The notes beneath the pieces are model-generated. The model searched no databases. It saw nothing but the letters and a program-made list of their open reading frames with translations, and was not told the DNA's origin. The translations under genes and the position numbers were made by a program. From the human T2T-CHM13v2.0 reference genome, Homo sapiens: a stretch of DNA of 64,000 nucleotides. Location of the stretch: the NCBI RefSeq assembly GCF_009914755.1, contig NC_060947.1. One strand, given 5' to 3'. Below are positions 33,483 through 47,100 of the stretch, piece by piece; within the stretch, counting starts at the first letter, position 1, and each line of letters starts with the position of its first letter.

Positions 33483-35506
33483 TAACGGATTTTCTTATTT
33501 TTAAACCAGTTTGAGCCTTATTTCTGTTACCTGCTGCTGGAAATAACCTGACTGATACAGATGTTCCCTATTTGATGCATATAAATAAGTTTTTATATGA
33601 TTTTTTTGCTTACATATATCCATAATTATTTTTCCCCCATCCTTTGGCAACCAAGTATTTTCAAAACATATCACACACAGTTAATTGTGTTCATAATATA
33701 ATAATACAACTCTAGTAAGACTAACCAAAAACCTAAATTCATAAGATTTGGTAAAAATCTGTTTACAGTTCAATCATGTATTTACTCATCCAACAAGCAG
33801 TTATTGAGAACCTACTATGTATCAAGCATTAAATAATGTGAAGTCTGCTGCACCCTAATTCTGTCCCTTTAAATTACATTTGAGCACAAAGAAAATAGGG
33901 CAATCTGTGATTATGCATATATTCATTACCAACTACTGCACAAATATTTGGCTCGTAACTATGAGTTAAATGGTATGACATTTCCATGAGAAAATTAATT
34001 ACTTGAACATGTGTTGTATAAAATACGTTAAATCATTTATTTGGATGTTGTAGATTGTATATTAGTCTTTAGCCAGGGAAATACATGAGAAATAAACATG
34101 AAATGCACACTCTACACATTGTAAATGTCATGTTATGCCCAAAGGCCTTTTGCACATGAGCAGTTTTTTTCTGGATGAGGAGAGTGGCATCCAAAAGACC
34201 ATAAGATCACAGATTCAAAGTAGGGAGTTGTTTTGCAATGACTTTTTCATGCACTTAAAGGTTGCACCTATTGATAACTTGCCTGTTTAAAGACTATGTG
34301 TTTCATACAAGTAACTATGTGCAAAGAATGGGTAGATTAATCATTTCAGATACCGAACTGCCATCTAAAATAGTTTGGAATTCTAACAGCATAAGAATAA
34401 AAAAATAAAGATTTGTGGTATGAGTACTTACATTCTGATGCTTTTTATGGTTTCAACAATTTTGAAGGAGAAGGATCTATATAAAGATCTGTAAGAGACT
34501 GTAAGAAATGCCACTCGAGATAGACATATAATATTAAAATAAATGACAGTGCAAGATAACTAAAATTTAAAAAAGAAACTAGTAAGGTCAAATACATACA
34601 CAAACAAAATAAAGCCTGTATTTATTGAGAGCCAAGAAACAGTTCAGAAATAGAAGGAACATCCCCGGGGAAGCATATGGACTTCACTCTATATGCTCTA
34701 GAGGGAATATGCTTATTCAGTCAGGCATATGGCAGAACTTTCTCCATATTAATATAGGGACGGGGTAAGAGTGACGCCTATCACATAAATTAACCATGTT
34801 ATAGCAAGTTTTCATTATATGCTCTTTGATTTTAGGCCCATAGATTTATCCTATAAAGTATCCAAGCTCATTTAATTAGAATGTCCAATGTCAAACTTCC
34901 CATTCACAAAATGGCATTTGCCCTCCAAGTTACAGAATTTACAAATGGCTTGATTTATTTCTAAGTGTCTTAGTTTCAGTAACATCATTCTCTAGCCTGG
35001 AATTAAATACTTAAACACATTTGCATTGAGATGGTATTTTTTCTATCAGGCACCGAGGTACATTCCTTGGCTCTGATTAAGTCTTCTTTATGTGGGATTG
35101 AATGTTGTCATAATTGCAGTGGACAGGGTGAGTTCACCACGAGTCATGTTCTCAGAAGCCGTGGGCGTTTTGCTTTAGGAGGCAATAACAAGAACTCTTC
35201 TGTGTGGACTTGGACACAGTCCATGATTTGAAGTACTTTAAATTCTGTCAGTAGAGGTCACAGTATTGTTTATGATTTTTTTTTTTAAATAAAAAAGGAT
35301 ATGTATGGATGGGAAGGAGTAATGTGTAAGGAGATGTTCTCTGGTCAAACCAGTAACCTACCTACTGAATGTGACACTCAAGAGTAGATCATTTTTTTAA
35401 CACATCCATCTCTATATGAGAAAATGTAGTAATCATTATTATTTTGATTTTTAGCTTAAAAATGAGCAATTAACAATTAAAAATAATACATTTCAAATTT
35501 CAAAAT

Positions 35507-35870
35507 TGCTATAGTTTCAATGTTTGTGTCCACCCAAAAGCCGTATGTTGAAATCCTAATCCCCATTGTGAGGGTATGAGGAGGTGGGCCTCGGGGAAGT
35601 GAGTAGATCATGAAAGCAGAGCCTTCATGAATGGAATTAGTGCCCTTGTAAAAGAGACCTGAGGAAGCTCATTTGCCCTTCCATCATGTGAGGACACAGT
35701 AAGAAGGCACTACCCATGAGTCAGAAAATGAGCCCTCATCAGACACTGAATATGTGGGTGCCTTGATCCTGGACCTCTCAGCCTCCGGAATGGTGAGAAA
35801 TAAATTTCTTTTATTTATAGGCTACCGAGCCTATGGTATTTTGTTACAGCAGCCCAAATGAACTAAGACA
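35507..35870 (+). mobile_element. MaLR solo LTR (MLT1A-like)
   Basis: tgctatagtttcaatgtttgtgtcc...cagcagcccaaatgaactaagaca; TSD aaaat/acaat. Confidence 0.85.
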
Positions 35871-35950
35871 ACAATGCTATTTAAATACACAAATATATTT
35901 CATGTATGAACTAATATTTTGACTCACCATCAAAAATATCAAGTATCACA

Positions 35951-36064
35951 GGCTGGTGTGCGTGCAGCGGTGTTTACAACTAATTGATCACAAGCAGTTA
36001 TAGATTTCTTTGTTCCTTTTCCACTCCCACTGCTTTACTTGGCTAGCCTAAAAACAAAAAAAAA
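35951..36064 (+). pseudogene. RNY3 pseudogene: hY3 Y-RNA processed pseudogene with poly(A) tail
   Basis: 35951-36049 matches recalled hY3 (GGCTGGTCCGAGTGCAGTGGTGTTTACAACTAATTGATCACAACCAG...GACTAGCC) at about 90/99 nt, followed by an A tract. Confidence 0.93.
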
Positions 36065-36503
36065 TAGATGCCACAGTTTCTACTTTGCTTCACTGTTTTA
36101 AATTTAAAAACAAACACAAACTCCAATTGCTAACATAAAATGATAGAATTGAACCATCTCATGTTCTGTTTCTTTTGGTTTACAATCACTATGATATTAT
36201 TTCTTATTTCTAATTTACTCTTTATTCTTAGGAATATGCAGTACCACAGTAATTAGAGACAAAAGTGGTGCCTAAACCAGCTCTCACAATTGTGAACCAT
36301 TATAAAATTAATATCCGAACAAATACATGTGTCTCAATCCTCATGTTTTAGGGGCTGACTATATGCCTGGGAATTCTGGAAGCTGACTACCATTTAGACT
36401 GCAGTGTTTATTAAAGGATAAGTAATAAAATTGTGCTAAATTGAAGCTCTTAATATATTATTACTAGGCAACCAAAACCACAGCTTTTGTTTAGACCTTA
36501 AAC

Positions 36504-36772
36504 CTGCTCTGTCCAATACAATAGCCATTAGCTGCATGTAGCTACTGAGCACTTACAATGTAGCTAGTTCAAATTTAAATATGCTGTGAGTGGAAAATAC
36601 ACATCAGATTTCAAACTCTAAGCATTAAAAATTAGGTAAAATATTCTATTAAAAATTTTTATATTGACTGCATATTAAAATGACAATGTCTTGGATATGT
36701 TGGGTTAAATTAAGTATATTATTAAAATTAATTTCACTTATTCTTTTTTCAATGTGGCTATTGGGAAATGTT
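36504..36772 (+). mobile_element. MER33 (hAT-Charlie), first part
   Basis: ctgctctgtccaatacaatagccattagctgcatgtagctactgagcactt; continues at 42961. Confidence 0.8.
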
Positions 36773-37262
36773 TGTTATTAAATTTTTTATTGATACATAG
36801 TAGATGTACATATTTTGAGGGTACACGTGACAATTTAATAATTCATATAATTCACATAATTTGTAAAGATCAAATTCATGTAATTGAGATATCCATTACC
36901 TTAAATATTTGTCTTTTCTTCCTGCTAAATACTTTCTAATTATCCTCTTTTAGCTATTTTGAAATATACAATAGATTATTGTACACTATAGTCACTCTAC
37001 TGATCTATCAAATACTAGATCTTATTTCTTCCATCAAACTGCATATTTGTACACACACATTAATCAATCTCTCTTTGCCTCTCTCTCCTCAACCCTTTCT
37101 GGCTTCTGGTAAACATCAATCTACTCTCTATCTTCATGAAATCCATTTTTAAAGCTCACAAATATGAGAGAACATGCAAATTTTCTCTTTCTGCGCTTGG
37201 CTTATTTCACTTACCATAATGACCTCCAGTTTCATCCATGTTTCTTTAAATGACAGGATCTT

Positions 37263-37620
<358 letters not shown>

Positions 37621-37800
37621 TCATCCATTTGTTCATTGATGGGCACTTAGGTTGATTCCATATTTTGACTATTGTGAATAGTGTTATAATAAACATGGAA
37701 GTGCATATATCTCTTTGACATATTGATTCCCTTCTTTTTAGATACATACCTGGTAGTGGAACTGCTGGACTACTGGATCATATGGCAGTTCCATTTTTAG

Positions 37801-38103
37801 TTTTGTTCGTTTGTTTGTTTTTGAGACAAGGTGTTGCTCTGTCACCCAGGCTGGAGAGCAGTGGCCTGATCTCGGCTCACTGCAACCTCTGCCTCCCAGG
37901 TTCAAGTGATTCTCGTGCCTCAGCCTCCTGAGTAGCTGGAATTACAGGCGTGCGCCACCATGCCTGGTTAATTTTTGTGTTTTAGTAGAGACGGCGTTTC
38001 ATCATGTTGGCCAGGCTGGTCTCGAACTCCTGACCTTAAGTGATCCACCTCCCTTGGCCTCACAAAGTGCTGGGATTACATGCGTGAGCCACCATGCCTG
38101 GCC
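37801..38103 (-). mobile_element. Alu (S-type)
   Basis: TSD tccatttttag. Confidence 0.93.
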
Positions 38104-39119
38104 TCCATTTTTAGGTTTTTTAAGGAACCTCCATACAGTTTTCCACAGTGACTATATTAATTTACACTTCCACCAATGGTGTACAAGGGTTCCCTTTTAT
38201 CTACATCCTCACCAGCATCCATTCATTATTTGTCTTTTTTATAAAAGCCATTTTAACTGGAGTGAGATGATATTTCACTGTAGTTTTCACTTGCATTTCT
38301 CTGATGATTGGTGATACTGAGCATTTTTTTTTATATACCCGTTGGCCATTTGTGTGTCTTCTTTTGAGTAATGTTTATCCAGATCTTTTGCTCATTTTTA
38401 AAGTCAGGGTTTTTTTTTGTTTGTTTGTTTTTGTTTTTGTTTCTGTTTTTGTTTTGCTATTGAGTTCTTTGAGCTCCTTATATATTCTGGTCATCAGTCC
38501 CTTGTCAGATGGATAATTTGCAAATATTTTATCCCATTCTATGGTTGTCCCTTCATTTTAATGATTGTTTCCTTTGTTGTACAGGAGCTTTTTAGTTTGA
38601 TGTAATACCATTTGTCTGTTTTTTGTTTCTGTTGTCTGTGCATTTTATGTCTTACACAAAATTTTTTTTTTTACCCAGACCAGTGTTCTGGAAAACATTT
38701 CCTCAATGTTTTCTTCTAGTAGTTTCATAGTTTCAGGCCTTAGATGTAAGTCTTTAATCCATTTTGATTTGATTTTTGCATATGGTGAAAGATAAGGGTC
38801 TAGTTTCATTCTTCTAGATATGGTTATCTGGTTTTCTCAGCACTATTTATTGAAGAGACTGTCCTTTCTCCAATAAGTGTTCTTGGCACCAATAAAAAAT
38901 CAGTTGGCTATAAATGTGTGGATTTATATCTGGGTACTTTACTCTGTTCCCTTGGTCTATGTGTCTGTTTTTATGCCAGTACCATGCTGATTTGATTACT
39001 ATAACTTTGTAGTATATTTTGAAGTCAGGCAGTGTGATGCCTCCAGCTTTGGTCTTTTTGCTCAGGATTGCTTGGCTATTTGGGATAATTTGTGGTTCCA
39101 TATAAATGTTAAGATTTTG

Positions 39120-39430
<311 letters not shown>

Positions 39431-42096
39431 TTAAGATTATTATTTTTATTTCTGTGAAGAATGTCATCGGTATTTTTATAGGGGTTACATTGAATATGTA
39501 AATTGCTTTGGGAAGTATTGTCATTTTAACAATATTAATTCTTCCAACCCATGAACATGGACTATATTTCCACTTTGTGTGTGTGTGTTCTTCAATTTCT
39601 TTCATCAACGTATCGTAGTTTTCCTTGCATAGATCTTTCACTTGTTTGGTTAAATTGACTCCTGGGTTTTTAAAATATTATTTATAGCTATTATAAATGG
39701 ATTGTTTTCTTGATTTCTTTTTCAGATTGTTTGCTGTCAGCATATAGAAATACTGATTTTTGTATGTTGATTTTTTTCCTATTGCAACTTTACTGAATTA
39801 TTTATCAGTTCAAACACTTTTTTGGTGGCATCTTAAGATTGTCTACGTATAAGATCATGTTGTCTGTGAACAAAACTAACTTCACTTCTTCCTTTCCAAC
39901 CTGAATGCATTTCATTTCTTTCTCATGCCTAATTGCTGTGCCCAGGACCTCCAGTGCTATGTTTAATAAGATTGGTGAGAGGTGGTATCCTTGCCTCGTT
40001 CCAGATCCTAGAGAAAAGGTTTTTATTTTTTCCACTCATTATATTAGCTGCAGATTTGCCATACATGGCCTTTATTATTTTGAGGTATTTTCCTTCTATA
40101 CCTAGTTTGTTGATGGTTTTTATGATAAAAAGATGCTGAATTTTATTGAATGTTTTTTCATTATCTCTTGAAATGATCATATGGTTTTTGTTCTTGGTTC
40201 TGCTAATGTGATGTATCATGTTTATTGATTCGCATATGTTGAACCATCATCCTTCCATTCCTGGGATGAATCACACTTGATCATGATAAGTGATCTTTTT
40301 TAATGTGTGGTTGAATTCGGTTTGCTAGTATTTTGTTGAGGATTTTTATATCTATGTTCATCAGTGATATTGGCCTATAGTTTTCTTTTTTTGTTGTTGT
40401 GTTCTTACCTGGTTTTGGTATCAGGTAATTCTGGCCTCATTGAATGAGTTTGGAAGTGTTCCCTCCTTCTCCATGTTTTTGAACAGTTTGAGTAGAATTG
40501 GTGTTAGTTCTTTTTTAAATGTTTGATAGAATTCAACAGTGTAGCCATCAGGCTCTGGGATTTTCTTTGATGGGAGACCTTTTATTAGAGCTTTAATCTT
40601 ATTACTTGTTATTGGTTTATTAAGTTTTCTATTTCTTCAAGGTTCAATATTGGTAGGTTGTACGTGTCCAGGAATTTATCAGTTTCTTCTAGATTTTCTA
40701 ACTTGTTGGCATATAGTTGCTCATAATAGGCTTTAATGATTCCTTTTACTTTTGTGATCTCAGTTGTTATGTCTCCTTTTTTGTTTCTGATTTTATTTAT
40801 TTGGGTCTTCTCTCTTTTTCTGCTAGGTAGTTTAGCTAAAGGTTTGTTTATTTTGTTTATCTTTTCAAAAACCAACTTTTCATTTTGTGAATCTCTTATT
40901 TTTTTTTAGTCCCTACGTCATTTGTTTCTGCTCTGATCTTTATTCTTTCTTTTCTTCTATTGATTTGGGGTTTCATTTGTTCTTGCTTTTCTAGTTCCTT
41001 GCGATGCATTGTTAGGTAGTTTGTTTGAAGTATTTCTACTTTTTTGATATAGGCATTTATTGCTAACATCTTCCCTCTTAGTACTGCTTTTGCTATATCC
41101 CAGTACTGCTTAGTACTACTTTTGTATTTTGGTATGCTGTATTTTCATTTTCATTTGTTTCAAACAATTTTTAAATCTCCTTAATTTCTTCATTGACTCA
41201 TTGGTCATTTGGGAACATGTTGTTTAATTTCCATGTGTTTGTGTGTTTTCCAGGATTCCTCTTGTTAATGATTCTTAATTTTATTCCATTGTAGTCAGAA
41301 AAGACACTTGATATGATATCTACTTTTTTGAATTTGTTGAGACTTGTTTTGTGGCCTAAGGTATGGTCTATCTGTGGAATGTTCCATGTGCTCATAAAAA
41401 GAATGTGGTATTCTGTAGCGCTTGGGTGAAATATTATTTAAATGTCAGACCTATTTGGTCTAGTGTGTAGTTTAACTCCAATATTTTTCTGTTGATTTTC
41501 TGGCTGGCTGATCTGTCCATTATTGAGAGTGCGGTGTTGAAGTCCCCTACTATTATGGCATTGCAGTCTATCTCTCCCTTTAGAACTATTAATGTTTGCT
41601 TTACGTACGTGAGAGCTCCAGTGTTGGATGCATAGATATTTATAATTGTTATAGCCTCTCGGTGAATTGACCTATTTATCACTATATAGTGACCTTCTTT
41701 GTCTCTTCTTACATTCTTTGACTTGTACTCTATTTTATGTAATACAAGTATAGCTACTCCTGCTCTTTTATGTTTTCCACTTACATGGAATATTTTTTTT
41801 CCATCCTTTCACTTTCAGTCTGTGTGTCTTTGTAAGTGAAGCGGGTTTTTTATAAGCAGCATATAGTTGATCTTGTTTATCCATTCAGCCACTCCTTATG
41901 TTTTCATTAGAGAATTGATTAACCTTCAGTATTATTATTGATATTACTTATCAATCCCTACTGGACTTACTACTGCCATTTTGTTGCTTCTTTTCTGGTT
42001 GTTTTATAACTCCTCTCTTCCATTCTTCCTTTCCTACTGTGTATTTTTGTGGTTAAGTGACTTTCTCTGATAATATGTTTTAATTTGTCTCTGGAT

Positions 42097-42406
42097 TTTT
42101 TGTTTGTTTTGTTTTTGTTTTTGTTTTTGAGATGGAGTCTTACTCTGTTGCCCAGGCTGGATGCAATGGCACAGTCTAGGTTCACTGCAACCTCCACCTC
42201 CCAGGTTCAAGCTATTCTCCTGCCTCAGCCTCCCAAGTAGCTGGGATTACAGGCATACACTACCACACCCGGCTAATTTTTGTATTTTTAGTAGAGACGG
42301 GGTTTCACCATGTTGGTCGGGCTGGTCTCAAACCCCTGACTTCATGATCCATCTGCCTCGGCCTCCCAAAGTGCTGGGATTATAGGCATGGGCCACCATG
42401 CCCAGC
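42097..42406 (-). mobile_element. Alu (S-type)
   Basis: Antisense dimer. Confidence 0.92.
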
Positions 42407-42562
42407 TTTCTCTGTTTTTTTTTTTTTTTTTTTTTTTTTAAGTAACTCTGTTATAGGTTTTAGTATTGTGGTTACCATGAGGGTTACAAAAAACATTTTA
42501 TAGATATAACAAGTTATTTTAAAGAGATGAAAACTTATCTCAGATCACAAAGAAAAGAATAG

Positions 42563-42857
42563 AGGCTCATGCCTGTAATCCAAGCACTCTGACAGGCCAG
42601 CCGAGGTGAGGTGATCATTTGCAGCCAGGAGTTTTGAGACTACCCTGGTCAACATAGTGGACCCCATCTCTACAAAATATTTTTAAAAAATAGCTGGATG
42701 GGGTGGTGTACACTTGTAGTCCTAGCTACTCAGGAGGCTGAGGCAGGAGGATTGTTTGAGCCCAGGAGCTCAAGGCTGCAGTGAACTATGGATCATGCCA
42801 CTGCACTCCAGCCTGGGCAACAGAGCAAGACACTGTCTCTAAAAAAAAAAAAAAAAA
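42563..42857 (+). mobile_element. AluJ
   Basis: ggctcatgcctgtaatcc...gagcccaggagctcaaggctgcagtg; poly(A). Confidence 0.88.
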
Positions 42858-42960
42858 TTAAAAAAACCTCTACAAAATCTCTGCATTTTAACTTCATCAG
42901 CCCCACATTTTTACCTTAAGTTTTTGCAATTTACTTATTTTTATATTGTCTATCTCTTAA

Positions 42961-43014
42961 TGGGAAATTTAAAATAACACATGGCTTGCATTATATTTCT
43001 ATTGGACAGCACTG
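42961..43014 (+). mobile_element. MER33 terminal part
   Basis: gcattatatttctattggacagcactg TIR; 8-bp hAT TSD ccttaaac/ccgtagac. Confidence 0.8.
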
Positions 43015-43979
43015 CCGTAGACTGACAAAAGATTTTTGAGGGAGGAGTATTTTATCACTGAAATTGTTTAGAATTGCCAATGCAATAAAAAGCAGACTGA
43101 CTTTAAGTTGGCTTTAATACTGTTTTTAGATTTCCTATAGACAATCACCAAGTTATTGATTGCACTTGAGGCCTGATGGCCCCACTGCTCCTCCCTTGGT
43201 ATGCCACTCAATCAAACCAGCCTAGCTCACCTAATGGGAGGATCCTCACCTTACCCACAGACTGTAGCTGGGCACTCAGTTCTCTCATGGGGTCCTTGGC
43301 CCCTTTCTCCACTGTCCCTTCAGTTTTCCTGCCATCTTCACTTCTATTTTTAGGTTTTAACATTGTTTTTGCTCATCTCAATGTTCTATCTGAAATGCTT
43401 CAGCATCTTTCTCTTCCAGTTGAAGATTTCTCCCTCAAATCTTTCTCTAAGAATCCAGTCCAGGGATCTCTTCTATTCCCACTCTCTCCCCTGTTTTCTC
43501 TCATTTGTTCAGGCAAGCATGGTCTGTGCTATTCATTAAAGTAGACAAATGGTGCTTTGTCGTTGCTCAAAAAATATTATTAGTGTGAATATCTCATCTC
43601 TCCAACCACTTGAGAGTCTCTTAAGTAGCTTGGTTTGAAATTTACATGCCTTTTTCATCTCATTGAGGGTCTAGCATGGTGTTATGACATTTTATATGTT
43701 CAATAGATATTTGAATGAATGAATGAATGAATGGCATCACAAGTTAAATTCATTAAGGTTAGCTCCTATGTGACTGACAGATCACTCAAAATAACACACA
43801 TTTGCACAAGATAGAAGTTTATTTTTCTGTTATATAAATGTCTTGGTAGGTGGCACAGAGCTCTTTTGGTACTGAACTGTATAGGGTGTCTTGGCTCCTA
43901 CCAGCTTCTGTTTTGCCATTCCTAGGATATGGCCCTCAACCTTATGGTTCAAGAGAGCATCTTACACAATAGCATGAAA

Positions 43980-45010
43980 AAGAATAAAATAGGAATAAAT
44001 TTAACAAAAAAGTGCAAGACTTGTACACTGGAAATTACAAAACATCATTGAAAAAAATTAAAGAAGACCTAAATAAGTGGAAAGACAACCTGTATTTATG
44101 GATCAGAAGATTTAATATTGTTAAGCTCACAATACTCCCCAAATTGATCTATAGACTCAACACAATCCCTACCAATGTTCAAAATGACTACTTTGCAGAA
44201 ATTGACAAACTGATCCTAAAATACATATGGAAATTTAAAGGACTGAGAATAGTCAAAATGATCTTTAAAAAGAACAAAGTTGAGAAACCCAAACTTCCCA
44301 ATTTCAATATTTACCACAAAGCTAAAGTAATCAAGACAATGTGGTTCAGGCACAAGAATAGACATACAGAAGTCAAAAAAAGATGAAAGAGACCTTACTG
44401 ATGGGGAAAACAACTCAGGTGGCAGTGGATTTCTTATCAGAAACCATTTAGATAAGAAGAAAATGACAAAAAAATAATAATTTCAAGGGCTAAAACAAAA
44501 GAACTGTTAACCCAGAATGCTATATCCAGTGAAAATACACTTCAGGAATAAAGGGAACATCAAGACACTTTCAGATAAAGGAAAACTAAGAGAATTTGTC
44601 ACTAGCAGACCTACATTTAAAAAGAATGGCTAAAGGAAGTTCTTGAAAAAAAAACAGAAATGATAAAAGAAAGAATCTCAAAACATCAGCAAGGAATGAA
44701 AAATAAGGGGAAGAGTAACAATAAATATAATAGACTTTTCTTCTCTTGAGCTTTCTATATTTTGTTTGACTTTTGAATCAAAAAAGATAACATTATGTGA
44801 TGTGGTCCTCAATGTATGTAGAGGAAATATTTCAGGCAATTATAAACAGAGGAGGGTATAAAGACTTGCAGGGAGGTAAGATTTCTATATTTCACTCAAA
44901 GTGGTAAAATGTAGACACTAGAAGGCTGTGATAACCGATGGGAGTATAATGTAATGCCTAGGGCAACTGCTAAAAATCTGTACCAAGAAATAAATTCAAA
45001 AATAATATAG
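43980..45010 (+). mobile_element. Old L1M fragments (ORF2 piece ~43980-44370, ORF1-like piece ~44400-45010)
   Basis: ORF 44012-44386 DLYTGNYKTSLKKIKEDLNKWKD...LPKLIYRLNTIP is L1 ORF2p. Confidence 0.8.
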
Positions 45011-45014
45011 AATC

Positions 45015-45150
45015 TGGGGACAGAAGTTGGAGATGCTACTGTTATCTAGTGAGTAGAGGCCAGGAATGCTGCAAAACATCTTGCAATACACAGGACAGTC
45101 CCCCACAACAAAGAATTATGTCAACAGTGCTGAGGCTGAAAAACTCTGGC
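45015..45150 (+). mobile_element. MER20 fragment (hAT-Charlie)
   Basis: tctagtgagtagaggccaggaatgctgcaaaacatcttgcaatacacaggacagtccccc. Confidence 0.8.
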
Positions 45151-45380
45151 CTATACCTTATCCGATGCTGAATATTGTCATTTTTAAAATAACACTGCTT
45201 TTTTTTCTCTTTTGTTTTGTATTTATGTCTTCCTCTTACCTTCTCTCTATGTTGTCAGTGATAACTGATTTACTGCAACTATACCACTTTGTTAGTCTTT
45301 TTAATCTTTCCAATCTGGTAATTTGAAAAAGGATATCTTATTTTATTTTATATCTCTTGAAGAGAATAGAATTATTTTTA

Positions 45381-45529
45381 CAGGTGCAGTGGCTCCTGCC
45401 TGTAATCCCAGCTATTTGGGAGGCTGAGACTGGAGGATCACTTGAGCCCAGGAGTTGAAGACCAGCCTGGGCAACACAGTGAGACCCCATCTCTAAAAAA
45501 TATTTTTTAAATTAGCTAAGCATGGTGGT
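45381..45529 (+). mobile_element. AluJ left arm plus start of right arm, truncated against L1
   Basis: caggtgcagtggctcctgcc...attagctaagcatggtgg then L1 sequence. Confidence 0.85.
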
Positions 45530-46817
45530 TTCATTACTATGCATAGAATATCCAGTTTTCCCAGCACCATTTATTGCAGAGACTATCTTTTCTCCAGTGT
45601 ATGTTCTTGGCACCCTTTGTTGAAAAATGAGTTCACTGTAGGTATGTGGATTCATTTCTAGGTTCCCTATTCTGTTTCATTAGTCTATGTGTCTGTGTTT
45701 ATGCCAGTATCATGCTGTCTTGGTTATGATAGTTCTGTAGGATAATTTGAAGTCAGATAATGCGTTTCCTCCAGTTTTCTTCTTTCTGCTTAGGATAGCT
45801 TTGGCTATTCTGGGTCTTTTGTGGCTCCACATAAATTTTAGGATTGTTTTTTCTATCTCTGTGAAGAATGTCATTGGTATTTTGATAGGGATTGCATTGA
45901 ATCTGTAGATTGCTTTGGGTAGCATGAACATTTAAATAATATTGATTCTTCCAATTTATGAACATGGAATATCTTTCCATTTTTATGGTGTCCTGTTCAA
46001 TATCTTTCATCAGTATTTTATAGTTTTCATTATAGAGATTTTCCACTTCTTTGGTTAATTCCTAGGTATTTAATTTTATTTGTGGCTATTGTAAATGGGA
46101 TTACTTTTTAATTTTATTTTTCAGAGTATTCACTGTTGGCATATAGAAATGCTACTGATTTTTTATTTTGATTTTGTATCCTGAAACTTTACTGAATTGT
46201 TTATCACTTTTAATAGTCTTTTGATGGAGTCTTTATATTTTTCCAAATATAAGATCATATTATCTGCAAACAAGGATAATTTGACTTCTTCCTTTCCAAT
46301 TTGGATGCCCTTTATTTCGTTCTCTTGTCTGATTGCTCAAGCTAGGACTTCCAGTACTATGTTGAATAACAGTGGTGACAGTGGGCATCCTTGTTGTGTT
46401 TCAGATCTTGGAGAAAGACTTTCAATTTTTCCCCATTCAGTATGATACTAGCTGTGTTTCTGTCATATATGGTTTTTATTATGTTGAAGTATGTTCCTTC
46501 TATACCCAGTTTTTTAAGGGTTTTTATCATGAAAAGATGTTGAATTTTATCAAATGCTTTTTTCAGCATCAATTGAAATGATCATATGGTTTTTGTTCTT
46601 CATTCTGTTGATATGATGTATCACATTGATTGATTTGTGTATGTTGAACGAGTCTTGCATTGTGATTAATCCCACTTGGTCATGATGAATGACGTTTTTA
46701 ATGTATTGTTGAATTTGGTTTATTAGTATTTTGCTGAGAATTTTGGCATCAATATTCATCAGGGATACAATTTTGTTACTTGTTATTTGTTGTATGTGTC
46801 TAGGAATTTGTCCATTT

Positions 46818-47100
46818 CTTTCTTTTTTTTGAGACAGGGTCTTACTCTATTGTTCAGGCTGGAGTGCAGTGGTGCAATCACAGCTCACTGCAGCCTCAAC
46901 CTACCCAGGCTTCAGGTGATCCTCCCACCTCAGCCTCCTGAGTAGCTGGGACTACAGGCTCATGCCACCACACCTGATTAATTTTTGTATTTTTTGTAGA
47001 GATGGGGTCTCACTATATTGCCCAGACTGGTCTCAAACTCCTGGGCTCAAGTGGCCTTTCAAAGTGCTGGGATTACAGGTGCAAGCCACCACACCTGGTC
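46818..47100 (-). mobile_element. AluJ
   Basis: Antisense, small deletion in left arm. Confidence 0.88.
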
